From positions 17,729-81,728 of the forward strand of contig JAJFJF010000018.1 in the NCBI GenBank assembly GCA_021774255.1: DNA of 64,000 nucleotides, given 5' to 3'. The translations under genes and the position numbers were made by a program. The notes under the pieces were generated by a model. The model made no database searches. It had not been told where the DNA came from and was given only the letters and a program-made list of their open reading frames with translations. Below are positions 39,901-48,886 of this stretch, one piece after another (position 1 is the stretch's first letter; each line of letters opens with the position of its first letter). Source of the DNA: Gammaproteobacteria bacterium (GTDB taxonomy: Bacteria > Pseudomonadota > Gammaproteobacteria > JAJFJF01).

Positions 39901-42900
39901 ATTGCAGACTGCTCTCACTTATGAAGGCTGGGATTTTGACAACACCTGGTGGGTTGGCCATTGCGACACTTACCCGCAGCTGCGAAGGGTTATTCCCCCT
40001 GCGCCGCCATCACCGCCGGTGAATATCAGCACCTGCGAAGCGCTGCAGTCGGTGTGTTTAGATCAAACTATTTATTTGGCCCAAGACATTGACTGCACCG
40101 GCACGGCCACCTGGAATGACGGCAAAGGCTTTACACCGCTTGGCTGGTATGAAAGTCCAAACAGTCATCACGCTTTCATCGGCACACTCGACGGGCAAGG
40201 TCATGCCATTATTGGCTTGACCATCACGCGTTTGGCCGAAGACAGCGTGGCCCTTTTTGGTTATACCGGGCAAGGCGCACGCATTACAAATGTGCGTTTG
40301 GTGGATGCAGATATCACGGGCCTCAGCACCGTGGGCATGCTTGTTGGCCGGCATGAAGGCGAAATATCACATTGCAGTGTGGCCGGCCAAGTCGCCGCCA
40401 ACGCGGATGTGCTAGGCGGGCTCGTGGGCTTAAATGCCGGCAACATCACGCACACCTATAGCGCAGCAGCGGTCACCGGTGTGGGAGAACGTGTCGGTGG
40501 GCTTGTGGGGGAAAACGCAGGCCACCTGCACACAAGCTACGCAGCAGGCGCGTTGACGGCCTTTGGCGCAGACACCGGCGGCCTCGTGGGCCGTCTCGGC
40601 AACCAGAGTGTGGTCACCAGCAGCTACTGGGACACCAGTCTCTCGGGGCACACCACCAGCGCTGCCGGCACTGGCCTTGCTACCGCGCAAATGCAACAGC
40701 CAACAAGCTTCGCGGATTGGGATTTTGTGAATACCTGGTTTATCACACCGGGCTGTAGTTACCCGACGCTTTTGATCTTCGGCACCAACGCGCAGGGCTC
40801 CCATGTGGAGGTGACCGACTGCGCTACGTTGCAAGCGGCGTGTTCCGATCAACACTTGACGCTGATGAATGACATTAACTGCGCAATTTCGGTCACCTGG
40901 AATGGCGGGCAAGGGTTTGCGCCGCTCGGCGGTTTGTTGCCGGGTGTCAGCAGCTTTCCCTTTACTGGCAGCCTCGATGGACAAGGCTATGCAATCGTCA
41001 GCCTTTTTATCAACCGCCCGGATGAAGACTACGTCGGCGTCTTTGGCTACACAGGTGCAAGCGCGCAGATCGGTAACGTTTCGCTCGTGGATGCCACTAT
41101 TCATGGTCGCGCTTATGTAGGCGGTATCGCCGGGTGGCATGAAGGTGTGCTGTCGAACGTGATCGTTGATGGCGAAGTCACCGCAGCAGGTGACATCAGC
41201 GGCGGTATTGCCGGGTTGAACACAGGCACCATCGTTGACGCGCACAGTGACGCACAGATCACCGGCCTGCAACAAACCGGCGGCATCGCAGGCAACAATA
41301 CTGGCACGCTTTTGCGTAACAACGCCACCGGCAGCGTACAAGGTACTTCAATGGTCGGCGGTATTGCAGGCGACAGCAACGGCCACATTGTACATTGCGC
41401 TGCTAGCACCAGCATCGATGCAGAGACAAGTGCCGGTGGGTTGGTCGGCAAGCAAAGCGGCACGCTCACGAGCAGCACTTTTACCGGCGTGCTACTGGCA
41501 GATGATTTTGTCGGTGGCGCGGTGGGAGAGAACAGCGGTGAAGTCTCAGATATTGTGATCTCGGTGTTGCTGGATGAACTACAAGGCCGCAACACTGTCG
41601 GCGGCATAGCGGGCCGCAATACGGGTCGTGTGCTGCGCAGTCAGTTTGTGGGGGTAGTGAGCGGTCAACAACAAACAGGGGGGCTGGCGGGTGAGAATCA
41701 AGGCCTGCTTGAAAGCAGTCAAGTCAATGGCACAGTGTCAGGGCAAGACAGCACTGGGGGCGCTGCCGGCTTGAATCAAGGCACTATTGTGATGTGCGCA
41801 GTGCACGGTGAAGTGATTGGCCAAGACGCCACTGGCGGTTTGGTCGGCTACCTCTTCGGAGATGTGCTTGACAGCTATACGCTGGCAGCGGTCTCTGGGC
41901 AGTTTCACAGTGGCGGCTTAATTGGACGTTATCTCGATGGCACTCTCGCTCACTGCTTTGCAGCCGCCTGCGTACGCGGTCAGTCTGCTGGCGGCCTGTC
42001 AGGCAGCACCTTACCAAACAACGCCGTGCAACAATGTTATTGGGACAGCACAGCCTCTGGCCAGTGGGTGCCTGACAACAGTCGTGACTATGCGTTGCGG
42101 CAACAAGCCAGCCAATCCACGCATGCCCTGCATCAGCCGGGTACTTTTGGAAACTGGAATACTTCACGGTGGGTAACACAAGAGGGGCAACTGCCTTATC
42201 TGTGGCATGAAGCCGCGCCCGGTGTCGTCACGGTCACGTGCCCGGCCAGCGCGCCACTTTACCAAAATACCATCCCTATTGTGATAGCAACGGTCGGTCT
42301 CATTGCTGCCAGCAGCGGCGCCGCCTGTTTCCTCCTCTTTTGGTGGAAGCGCAAGCGCGACCAGCATTTGCAAGCCTTACTGGAGTCACCTCATCTTATG
42401 CATCAAGTGGCGGGTATGGGCGACCTAGACATTATCAAAGCATTGCAAACAAACAGAGGCCGTAAGACCGATACAAGAAATGATGCGGATGAAACCCCAC
42501 TTGTTGTGGCCGCACGCAGTGGACACGCTGATGTGGCGAGCTACTTGCTGACGCAAGCAGGTGGCGATAACGCAGACCAAATCAAAAAAGCAGCCATTGC
42601 CGCAGGCACGCACAACCACTTTGGAATAGTTGATACTTTACCCCGTGGGCGTGATGTGTGGAATGCGCACCAAGCGGCAACAGATGCAACTGAAAAGGAA
42701 ACCCCGCGCGCAACACTCTTGTCCGAGCCCGCCCTCTACGGCCTCCCGCTTGACGCAGTCAGCACCGACGGCCTGCAGTGCACGCCACTGATGAATGTGA
42801 TTGCACGCCAAGAATTTACGCGCATGAAGCGCATGTTGGATGAAGGCGCCGATCCGTTTGTACGTTCACCGCAAGGGCACACCGCGCTCACACTGCTTAT

Positions 42901-43612
42901 GGCAGGCAACCACATTGCACAAGCACAACTGCTCGTAAACAGCGGGCCCTTCGCCGCCTATTGGCAGCTACGCTACGCCCTCATGTGTCAGTTTGATCTG
43001 AATAAACCAGACGCAGCGATGCATAGCGATGCGCAATTAATGAAGAAACTGTTGCTCGGCTACCCGCGCTGGAACATCGTCGGCTTTATCCTGGAAGTGC
43101 TCGAGCGTATCGCCACCTGCCTGCTGCTGGTGACGCTGCTGCAAAACCGTGAATCGGCGCTTGCCGGCATGGTGCTGTGCTTGTTGCTTGCCTCGTATGC
43201 GACAAGCCTGATTGGCATGCAGGCAGTGCGCGGCCATTGGCGCCCCATGCAGCAAGAGAGCTTGCCCTACTGGCTTTGGCTGCTGACGCTCCCCATCATC
43301 AGCCCGGCGTGGAGCCGTTTGGAATGGCGCTTGTGTTACCCCGACTGGCCTTACCTGGTATTCAAAGCAAGCAGCTTGCTGCTTGAAACGTTGCTGCCAC
43401 TTTTTATTGCAGTGCAGTTTTTTGAAAATATCCAAGCAAACTTTTTCGTGCTCAAGCTCCTCACCGCGCCGGTCATCCTCCTCCATGCGCTACTTGAAGG
43501 TTGCTTCACGGTACTCTGGCCCTACTTCAGTGGTCACTCTGTTTTGCCTACCTGGCACTGGTCGACTAGCAAAAAATTATCAGGCTCAAGCACTGAGATG
43601 AAAGTGGTTTAA
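36959..43612 (+). CDS. Giant GLUG-repeat membrane protein with ankyrin repeats and C-terminal multipass domain
   Basis: 2217 aa. Signal peptide (ASA|Q), GLUG modules, TM followed by WWKRKR (about 42270-42360), ankyrins (ETPLVVAARSGH, CTPLMNVI, GHTALTLL) and a hydrophobic tail homologous to that of 29077-36696. No LRR. Confidence 0.85.
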   Translation: MKAYAVFLLVLLGLWHPASAQTPISTCAELQLMSQDLGDAYVLIADIDCTQTATWNGGEGFEPIGTNAAPFTGNLDGQDHTVTNLTINRPSTDYVGVFGYISEPAWVTRLNLANAAILGQGYVGGIAAWSEGTSFSHCRFSGNVTAPIRSVGSMLGGGERTVLTNCSASAEITSTGPRVGGLVGEGTDTKLTQCTFSGNVFGDDFVGGLIGLDSDGTIIQCHTVVSVTAIGSAIGGLAGFHRGTLTQSSAQGSVNSGDGEAGGLVGRTTGSIITQVFASVTVTSTGENTGGLIGEVQSPSTIAYAYSTGEITGTSSVGGLIGDNSGIVFRSYWDTQASTRGSSDGGTGKTTAQMYQQSTFEGWDFNCAWQINDGVSYPSLTENICTEGIIEVSNCDQLQTAVLSPFATIVLTEDIDCSATSTWDSGAGFAPGVLATGSLAGNGHTIFSLMINRPAITSVGLFGQINAASNVTHLTLVNHNIVGAQRTGSVVGSLNGGTLSHCHSAGNVSATGGGGGGIAGWSTLGRITQCSSSGLVTGTNYLGGIVGWNFGGLVSQCNASATIYGTASYSHYLGGLVGANDDETFSAQLGIIIQSHAQGSVTSPADRIGGLVGENGGIIAHCSASGAVTGNSAVGGLVGRHLSIAGYSFATGPVSGNALFGGLVGDGGGFAFSSYWNTETSGQITSASGIGKTTAQMYQQSNYFTWDFDCAWQINEGADYPTLTQRDCTSQNFEVSTCQALQTALFFPGANISLLQDIDCTETRIWEGGAGFGPGILATGSLQGNGHTLYNLTIAQPLTAGYFGLIAYMVEPAWVSNLTLLDVSITGGSGGSLLGLNLRGTVMLCHASGTVTGRNVVGGLIGQNRGAVSQCSFAGSVSGQGNIGGLIGYHWWQAGTTLTDASAVGIVTGTDMFSSMHTGGLIGSSAADIVMNAYAAVLVIDIANAGGLIGGGGGTSSNSYWDLDVSQTVLSAGGVGKSTRQLQTALTYEGWDFDNTWWVGHCDTYPQLRRVIPPAPPSPPVNISTCEALQSVCLDQTIYLAQDIDCTGTATWNDGKGFTPLGWYESPNSHHAFIGTLDGQGHAIIGLTITRLAEDSVALFGYTGQGARITNVRLVDADITGLSTVGMLVGRHEGEISHCSVAGQVAANADVLGGLVGLNAGNITHTYSAAAVTGVGERVGGLVGENAGHLHTSYAAGALTAFGADTGGLVGRLGNQSVVTSSYWDTSLSGHTTSAAGTGLATAQMQQPTSFADWDFVNTWFITPGCSYPTLLIFGTNAQGSHVEVTDCATLQAACSDQHLTLMNDINCAISVTWNGGQGFAPLGGLLPGVSSFPFTGSLDGQGYAIVSLFINRPDEDYVGVFGYTGASAQIGNVSLVDATIHGRAYVGGIAGWHEGVLSNVIVDGEVTAAGDISGGIAGLNTGTIVDAHSDAQITGLQQTGGIAGNNTGTLLRNNATGSVQGTSMVGGIAGDSNGHIVHCAASTSIDAETSAGGLVGKQSGTLTSSTFTGVLLADDFVGGAVGENSGEVSDIVISVLLDELQGRNTVGGIAGRNTGRVLRSQFVGVVSGQQQTGGLAGENQGLLESSQVNGTVSGQDSTGGAAGLNQGTIVMCAVHGEVIGQDATGGLVGYLFGDVLDSYTLAAVSGQFHSGGLIGRYLDGTLAHCFAAACVRGQSAGGLSGSTLPNNAVQQCYWDSTASGQWVPDNSRDYALRQQASQSTHALHQPGTFGNWNTSRWVTQEGQLPYLWHEAAPGVVTVTCPASAPLYQNTIPIVIATVGLIAASSGAACFLLFWWKRKRDQHLQALLESPHLMHQVAGMGDLDIIKALQTNRGRKTDTRNDADETPLVVAARSGHADVASYLLTQAGGDNADQIKKAAIAAGTHNHFGIVDTLPRGRDVWNAHQAATDATEKETPRATLLSEPALYGLPLDAVSTDGLQCTPLMNVIARQEFTRMKRMLDEGADPFVRSPQGHTALTLLMAGNHIAQAQLLVNSGPFAAYWQLRYALMCQFDLNKPDAAMHSDAQLMKKLLLGYPRWNIVGFILEVLERIATCLLLVTLLQNRESALAGMVLCLLLASYATSLIGMQAVRGHWRPMQQESLPYWLWLLTLPIISPAWSRLEWRLCYPDWPYLVFKASSLLLETLLPLFIAVQFFENIQANFFVLKLLTAPVILLHALLEGCFTVLWPYFSGHSVLPTWHWSTSKKLSGSSTEMKVV

Positions 43613-43785
43613 GCATTTAAATGACCTGTTTGGAATAGTTAATTCACACTCAAAAAAAAAGCCCACCAAGAAGTTATTTAACTAGCCCAATTTTAGGGTT
43701 TTTAAAAATTGTGAATTAACAATCCAAGTGCTCACTAAAACAACTCGTCATTTGCTTTCCTTACCACCCACTTGGCAAACAATCA

Positions 43786-43983
43786 TCATACAGGGCGGCA
43801 GTAATACAAAATGGCAGCAAAAATCAGGAGTACGAAGAGCACCACATCAACAACCATTCCCAGAGAAACCAGTCCCTCCGTGCACAGCTGGTAGAAATCA
43901 GAATAAAGCAAGGCCAAGCAGACAACGAAAACAACAACAAATTGCCAGGGAGCAAAAACCTCACGCCGGGGCTTATCGGGCAT
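43786..43983 (-). CDS. Possible small two-TM membrane protein
   Basis: 65-aa ATG ORF with two hydrophobic helices in an otherwise empty gap. No clear RBS and no family recognised. Confidence 0.3.
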   Translation of the reverse strand: MPDKPRREVFAPWQFVVVFVVCLALLYSDFYQLCTEGLVSLGMVVDVVLFVLLIFAAILYYCRPV

Positions 43984-44113
43984 ATCAAATCGCAGCTACC
44001 CAGAGACTATCTCTTCAGCCTTTGTCTTAATATATAGAGCAACATCGGCATGTAACTTTTATGGTAGCCGTTCACGGGGGTAGATCATCCCTTGCCGTAT
44101 AGGGAAATATTAT

Positions 44114-44170
44114 TTGTAGGGGCGACCCCCTGTGGTCGCCCGGGCAGCAACGAAGGGGCGGTCCCTACAA
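44114..44170. repeat. GTAG-type REP-like doublet
   Basis: TTGTAGGGGCGACC-ccctgt-GGTCGCCC...CCCTACAA: internal palindrome with inverted GTAG/CTAC ends. Confidence 0.7.
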
Positions 44171-44215
44171 TTTAAAGACCACCTCAACATGCACAGCGGG
44201 ATAACATAATTCCCG

Positions 44216-44812
44216 TTAAAAAAACTGCGCTAAACTGTCACGCAGCTCGTCTAAACCGATTTTGGTGTGGGAAGAAAAAAGTTGAACCGTGATGTGCTCG
44301 CCATCAAAGTGTTTGAGCTGTTGCTTGACCTGCGATAAAGCCTTGTGGGCTTGATTGCGGGTTAGCTTGTCAGTTTTTGTGAGCACAATATGCACGGGCA
44401 AGTGGCTGGCGGTTGCCCAGCTGAGAATTTGGTTGTCGATCTCTTTTAGCGGATGCCGCACATCCATCACTAACACCAACGCTTTTAAATTATCACGCAC
44501 CTCAAGGTAACGCGTGAGCGTTTTTTGCCAGCGCGCTTTTATGGCGACAGACACTTTGGCATAACCGTAACCCGGCAGATCTACCAGGCGGCGTTTTTCA
44601 TCTATCGTAAATAAATTAATGAGCTGCGTGCGCCCCGGCGTTTTACTGGTGCGCGCAAGTTTTACTTTATTGGTAAGGGTATTTAAAACACTGGATTTGC
44701 CGGCGTTGGATCGGCCCGCAAAGGCAATTTCAATGGCATCGTCTCGCGGCAGCTGGCGAATATCTGCCGCGCTGGCGAGAAAAGTAGCGTTGGTATAACA
44801 AGGTGTCGACAT
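44216..44812 (-). CDS. engB: Ribosome biogenesis GTPase YihA/EngB
   Basis: GRSNAGKSS, SKTPGRTQ, DLPGYGY and TKTDK motifs. Confidence 0.95.
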   Translation of the reverse strand: MSTPCYTNATFLASAADIRQLPRDDAIEIAFAGRSNAGKSSVLNTLTNKVKLARTSKTPGRTQLINLFTIDEKRRLVDLPGYGYAKVSVAIKARWQKTLTRYLEVRDNLKALVLVMDVRHPLKEIDNQILSWATASHLPVHIVLTKTDKLTRNQAHKALSQVKQQLKHFDGEHITVQLFSSHTKIGLDELRDSLAQFF

Positions 44813-44830
44813 CCTTGCATGATAGCAGGA

Positions 44831-45811
44831 TCAATCGCGATCGGATAGCAGCGTATCTTGTTGAATGCCTTGTTGCGCTAACATTTTACGCAATACCCCC
44901 ATCGCTTCGACTTGAATTTGACGGACACGCTCACGCGTTAAACCTATCACTTCACCGACAGTTTCAAGCGTGCCCACTTCACAGCCATGCAACCCAAAAC
45001 GGTGCTCGATCACCTCACGCTGCTTGTGCGTCAACTGCGCTAACCAGGAATCAATCAGCCTAGCGACATCTTCTTCGTGCAATGCGTCTTCTGGGTTTGT
45101 ACTACCATGATCGACAAGCACATCCATTAAAGTACGCTGCCCTTCTGAGTCAATAGTGGTATCAACGGAAATCGCACGCTCGTTTAAGCGCAACAAATTA
45201 TCCACTTCATCAATGGAGTGGTTAGACGCTTCTGCGATCTCTTGCAAGGTAGGCTCATGCTCCATCTCACCACGCAGTGCGCGTGTGGTTTTAAGCATGC
45301 CATTTAAATCGCGGATCACATGCACCGGCAAACGAATGGTGCGGCTTTGATTCATGAGCGCACGTTCAATGCCTTGGCGGATCCACCACGTTGCGTAGGT
45401 TGAAAAACGAAAACCACGTTCTGGATCAAATTTCTCAACTGCATGCATCAAACCCAAATTGCCTTCTTCAATTAAATCTAAGAGCGAAATACCCGACTGA
45501 CGATAACGCAAGGCAATTTTCACAACCAACCTCAAGTTGCACTCGATAATGTAGTTGCGTGCTGCTTCATCGCCTTTCAACGCACGACGTGAGTAAAGCA
45601 CCTCTTCTTCTGCCGTGAGCAATGGCGAAAAACCAATCTCGCCTAAATAGAGTTGCGTCGCATCCAGCTCGCGGTAGGCTTTTTCTTCTTCGTAACCCTT
45701 TCCTGGCTTTTCTTTCTTTTTCTTTAAATTCGTTTTTGCTTGCTGAAGTGATATTGCCGCTTCAGCCTTTTTGGCTTCACTTTGAATGGTCGCTTGTTGA
45801 CGTGCAGGCAT
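44831..45811 (-). CDS. rpoS: RNA polymerase sigma factor RpoS
   Basis: [59 protein letters not shown] and [11 protein letters not shown]. Confidence 0.9.
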   Translation of the reverse strand: MPARQQATIQSEAKKAEAAISLQQAKTNLKKKKEKPGKGYEEEKAYRELDATQLYLGEIGFSPLLTAEEEVLYSRRALKGDEAARNYIIECNLRLVVKIALRYRQSGISLLDLIEEGNLGLMHAVEKFDPERGFRFSTYATWWIRQGIERALMNQSRTIRLPVHVIRDLNGMLKTTRALRGEMEHEPTLQEIAEASNHSIDEVDNLLRLNERAISVDTTIDSEGQRTLMDVLVDHGSTNPEDALHEEDVARLIDSWLAQLTHKQREVIEHRFGLHGCEVGTLETVGEVIGLTRERVRQIQVEAMGVLRKMLAQQGIQQDTLLSDRD

Positions 45812-45966
45812 GATAATTCCCTCTTAGTCATTTTGAATTTTGCTATTCAACTTACTTAAGTTAAGTTTAGCTACTTCCAAACACCCAGTCAAAGGGATTA
45901 ATATAAACTGCTGTATTTAAAAGATATAAATCTTGTTGGCTGGTGGTTTTTAACCGTAAATGGAAC

Positions 45967-45983
45967 GTAGGGGCCGCCCCTAC
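45967..45983. repeat. Collapsed REP-like palindrome
   Basis: GTAGGGGC-C-GCCCCTAC, matching the ends of the 44114 element. Confidence 0.5.
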
Positions 45984-46278
45984 AAAAACTCATCGGCCGA
46001 ATCCCTCCCGGAATAGTTATTTTCTGAGACTTCTTTCGAAATAACGCTGTGCTCCCTGCTCAAGCCACTCTCTGGAAGACTACCTCTCTGAAGGCTGCTA
46101 TACCTGCCATGGCATTCGTCCCTCAATAAGGTGGCAGCCATGCGGAGGGGAGTGTTTTTGCGCCGATTCGCGATAGCGCGCAGCGTGGCAAGCGTGGCGC
46201 ACAAAACAGCTTGCCGCAGCATGGCCTTTCCACTAAACCAAAGCACAACAATCGCCGTAATAATGCCCTATAAAAAAA

Positions 46279-46340
46279 TACCCCCTCACCCCAGCCCGGC
46301 CCCCTCGCTGCGCTCCCCCCCCCTAGGGGGAGAGGGGGTA
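46279..46340. repeat. CCCTCACCCC...GGGAGAGGG-type GC-rich intergenic palindrome
   Basis: TACCCCCTC...GAGGGGGTA arms. Resembles a widespread proteobacterial extragenic repeat. Confidence 0.5.
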
Positions 46341-46358
46341 ATTAACAGCGTAAAATGC

Positions 46359-46392
46359 AAAAAAAAACGCCAAGGGTGAGGAACCCCTGGCG
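46359..46392 (-). terminator. Rho-independent terminator of rmf
   Basis: Minus strand reads CGCCAGGGGT-tcctc-ACCCTTGGCG followed by T9. Confidence 0.8.
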
Positions 46393-46447
46393 CTTTCTAA
46401 GAATATTGAATTATTTAAAATACCGCTGGCGAGCTCTACTTTGCCAA

Positions 46448-46636
46448 CTACTTACACATACCACCCATATAGCCTGCACGAAAGTGTGTACGGCCTTGTT
46501 CCCAGCCGCCTACCCACGTATCGCGTGTTGCTGCACCATCTCCGTAAGGACAATCCTCCATAGAACGTCCTGTTGTACCTGCTCGTAACCCTTGTGAAAA
46601 AGCCCTATCTTTAATTTCACGTTTTAGTCTTTTCAT
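46448..46636 (-). CDS. rmf: Ribosome modulation factor
   Basis: MKRLKR...RAFSQG..AG..GRS.E.CPY....R..W.GGW..G. ATG at 46636 follows a GGGAGG RBS. Confidence 0.88.
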   Translation of the reverse strand: MKRLKREIKDRAFSQGLRAGTTGRSMEDCPYGDGAATRDTWVGGWEQGRTHFRAGYMGGMCK

Positions 46637-46814
46637 CGCTAGCCTCCCGCTATTAATGGTCAAAGGTGTGTAAGAACAACATGTTACTTCCCTTTATTCA
46701 TGCACTTCTAAAAATCGGTTCTGACAAGTGCCATGACTTTAGGACAACTGAAGCAACGATTTCAGATTAGCACAGGAATTTTTCCATTTCTAGAACGAAG
46801 GTATAGGAACTACC

Positions 46815-48881
46815 CTATGTTGTGCCTATGTTATTGATCCCTTTATCTTGTAAGAGCGCATCAATACGCGGGGGGCGCCCACGAAAATCAATAAACAACT
46901 CCATCGGTTGACGTGTTCCACCTTGCTCAAGAATATTTTTTAAAAAAGCAGTACCGGCTTGCTTGTTAAAAATACCTTTTTCTTTAAATAGCGAAAACGC
47001 ATCACAAGCAAGCAGATCCGCCCATAAGTAACTGTAATAGCCTGCCGCATAACCGCCTGAAAAAACATGTGTAAAACTATTTTGAAAACGATTAAAGGCA
47101 GGCGGCAGAAAAACAGCCACCTGCTCGCGCACATCGTCTAATATTTTTTGTACTGGAACAGACTGTACAGCATCACCTTTCTGGTGCAGCGTTATATCAA
47201 ATAATGCAAATTCAATCTGGCGCAATAACTGCATCGCAGATTGAAAGTTTTTGGCAGCAAGCATCTTATTAAAAAGCGCTTTCGGCAATGACTCCTTTGT
47301 TTCCGCATGTTCAGAGATCATACTGAGCACTTCTTCTTGCCAACAAAAATGTTCCATAAACTGGCTGGGCAGTTCGACCGCGTCCCATGGCACACCATTA
47401 ATGCCTGACACGCTCGGGTAATCCACCTGCGTCAATAAATGATGTAAACCATGACCAAACTCGTGAAATAACGTCGTCACATCATCGTGCGTTAAGCGCG
47501 CGACCTGATCTGCCGCCGGCGCTGAGAAGTTACAAACCAAATAAGCAACCGGTAATTGTATCGCATCGCTTTTGCTGCGCCGGCGTACTTGGCATTCGTC
47601 CATCCACGCGCCTCCTCGCTTATGGGCGCGCGCATAAAGATCTAAATAAAAAGCGCCGCGCCGTTTCCCTGCGCTATCCGATATTTCAAAATAACGTGCC
47701 GCGTCGTGCCAAACCGGCAGCCCCGTTTTCTCTTTTATATGGATATCATATAAACGCTCTGCCAATGAGAACAATCCGGCCAACACACGATCAATGGGGA
47801 AATACGCGCGCAACATCTCTTGCGAAACCGCATACTTTGCTTGACGCATTTTCTCACTGAAATACGCAACATCCCATGCCGCCAACGTAGCCACACCTTC
47901 TTGCGCCGCAAACTGTTGCAACGCAGCAAGCTCGTCACGCCCCTGATCACACGCGCGCTTACTCAAGTCTTGCAAGAAATGAATCACCTCATCAGCATTG
48001 TCTGCCATTTTCGTGGCCAACGAATAGGCCACATAATTTTCAAAACCGAGTAGCTTGGCTTTTTCATCACGTAAGGCAACAATTTTTTTTATCAAATCGG
48101 TGTTATCCCAGCGCCCGGCGTCTGGCCCCTGATCAGACGCACGCGTGGTGTACGCGCGATACAGTTTTTCACGCAGCTTTCTATCTTCCGCATACGTCAC
48201 CACAGCAATATAGTCTGGCGCCTCTAACCCAATCAGCCAACCCGGCTTATCCGTGGCTTTTGCCGCTCGCGCAAAAGCCTGTTTGTTGTGCTCAGGGATC
48301 CCTTCTACCTGTGCTGCGTCTGTCACATGCACTTTCCAGGCGTCGGTGGCATCTAATACATTTTTTGAAAATTGATTGCTTAAAGAGGTAAGCTCTTGCT
48401 GAATGGCTTTATAACGTGCTTTGTCATCTTTCGACAAGGCCACACCTGACAAGCGAAAATCACGCAAAGCATCCTCAATCACTTTATGCTGCGCCCCATC
48501 CAGTGCTTGGTATGCCGGTGAATCTTTTATTGCTTGAATGGCCTGATACAACGCTTCATGTTGACCCATCTCGGTAGAATAGGCTGATAGCTTGGGCAAG
48601 CAGGCATCAAAAGCTTTGCGCAGTGCCGCGGAGTCAGCCACGCTATGCAAATGCTGCGCCGGTGACCACACTTTATCTAAGCGATCCCCCATCTCATCCA
48701 GCGGTTGCATGAGATTTCCCCAGGTAAACGCACCTTTCTGCGCAAGTAATGCTTGCAGCGCCGCGCGATTTTCTGCGAGTACCTGGTCAAGCGCCGGTTC
48801 AATATGCGCGGGCGTAATTTGATCAAAGGGCGGGGTATCTTGCCAATTTAATAACGGGTTGTTGGTTCCATCAACATTCAT
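46815..48881 (-). CDS. prlC: Oligopeptidase A (M3 family)
   Basis: NPLL start, KRGGAWM, TLFHEFGH.LHH, WDAVELPSQ and GGYAAGYYSYLWA. Confidence 0.94.
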   Translation of the reverse strand: MNVDGTNNPLLNWQDTPPFDQITPAHIEPALDQVLAENRAALQALLAQKGAFTWGNLMQPLDEMGDRLDKVWSPAQHLHSVADSAALRKAFDACLPKLSAYSTEMGQHEALYQAIQAIKDSPAYQALDGAQHKVIEDALRDFRLSGVALSKDDKARYKAIQQELTSLSNQFSKNVLDATDAWKVHVTDAAQVEGIPEHNKQAFARAAKATDKPGWLIGLEAPDYIAVVTYAEDRKLREKLYRAYTTRASDQGPDAGRWDNTDLIKKIVALRDEKAKLLGFENYVAYSLATKMADNADEVIHFLQDLSKRACDQGRDELAALQQFAAQEGVATLAAWDVAYFSEKMRQAKYAVSQEMLRAYFPIDRVLAGLFSLAERLYDIHIKEKTGLPVWHDAARYFEISDSAGKRRGAFYLDLYARAHKRGGAWMDECQVRRRSKSDAIQLPVAYLVCNFSAPAADQVARLTHDDVTTLFHEFGHGLHHLLTQVDYPSVSGINGVPWDAVELPSQFMEHFCWQEEVLSMISEHAETKESLPKALFNKMLAAKNFQSAMQLLRQIEFALFDITLHQKGDAVQSVPVQKILDDVREQVAVFLPPAFNRFQNSFTHVFSGGYAAGYYSYLWADLLACDAFSLFKEKGIFNKQAGTAFLKNILEQGGTRQPMELFIDFRGRPPRIDALLQDKGINNIGTT

Positions 48882-48886
48882 ATTTT

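Noticed and set aside
29159-43601. Numerous antisense and alternate-frame ORFs inside the giant genes (e.g. 40430-41341, 303 aa)
   Set aside because: They are shadows of Gly/Ala/Val/Thr-rich coding sequence, with no recognisable domains or start signals.
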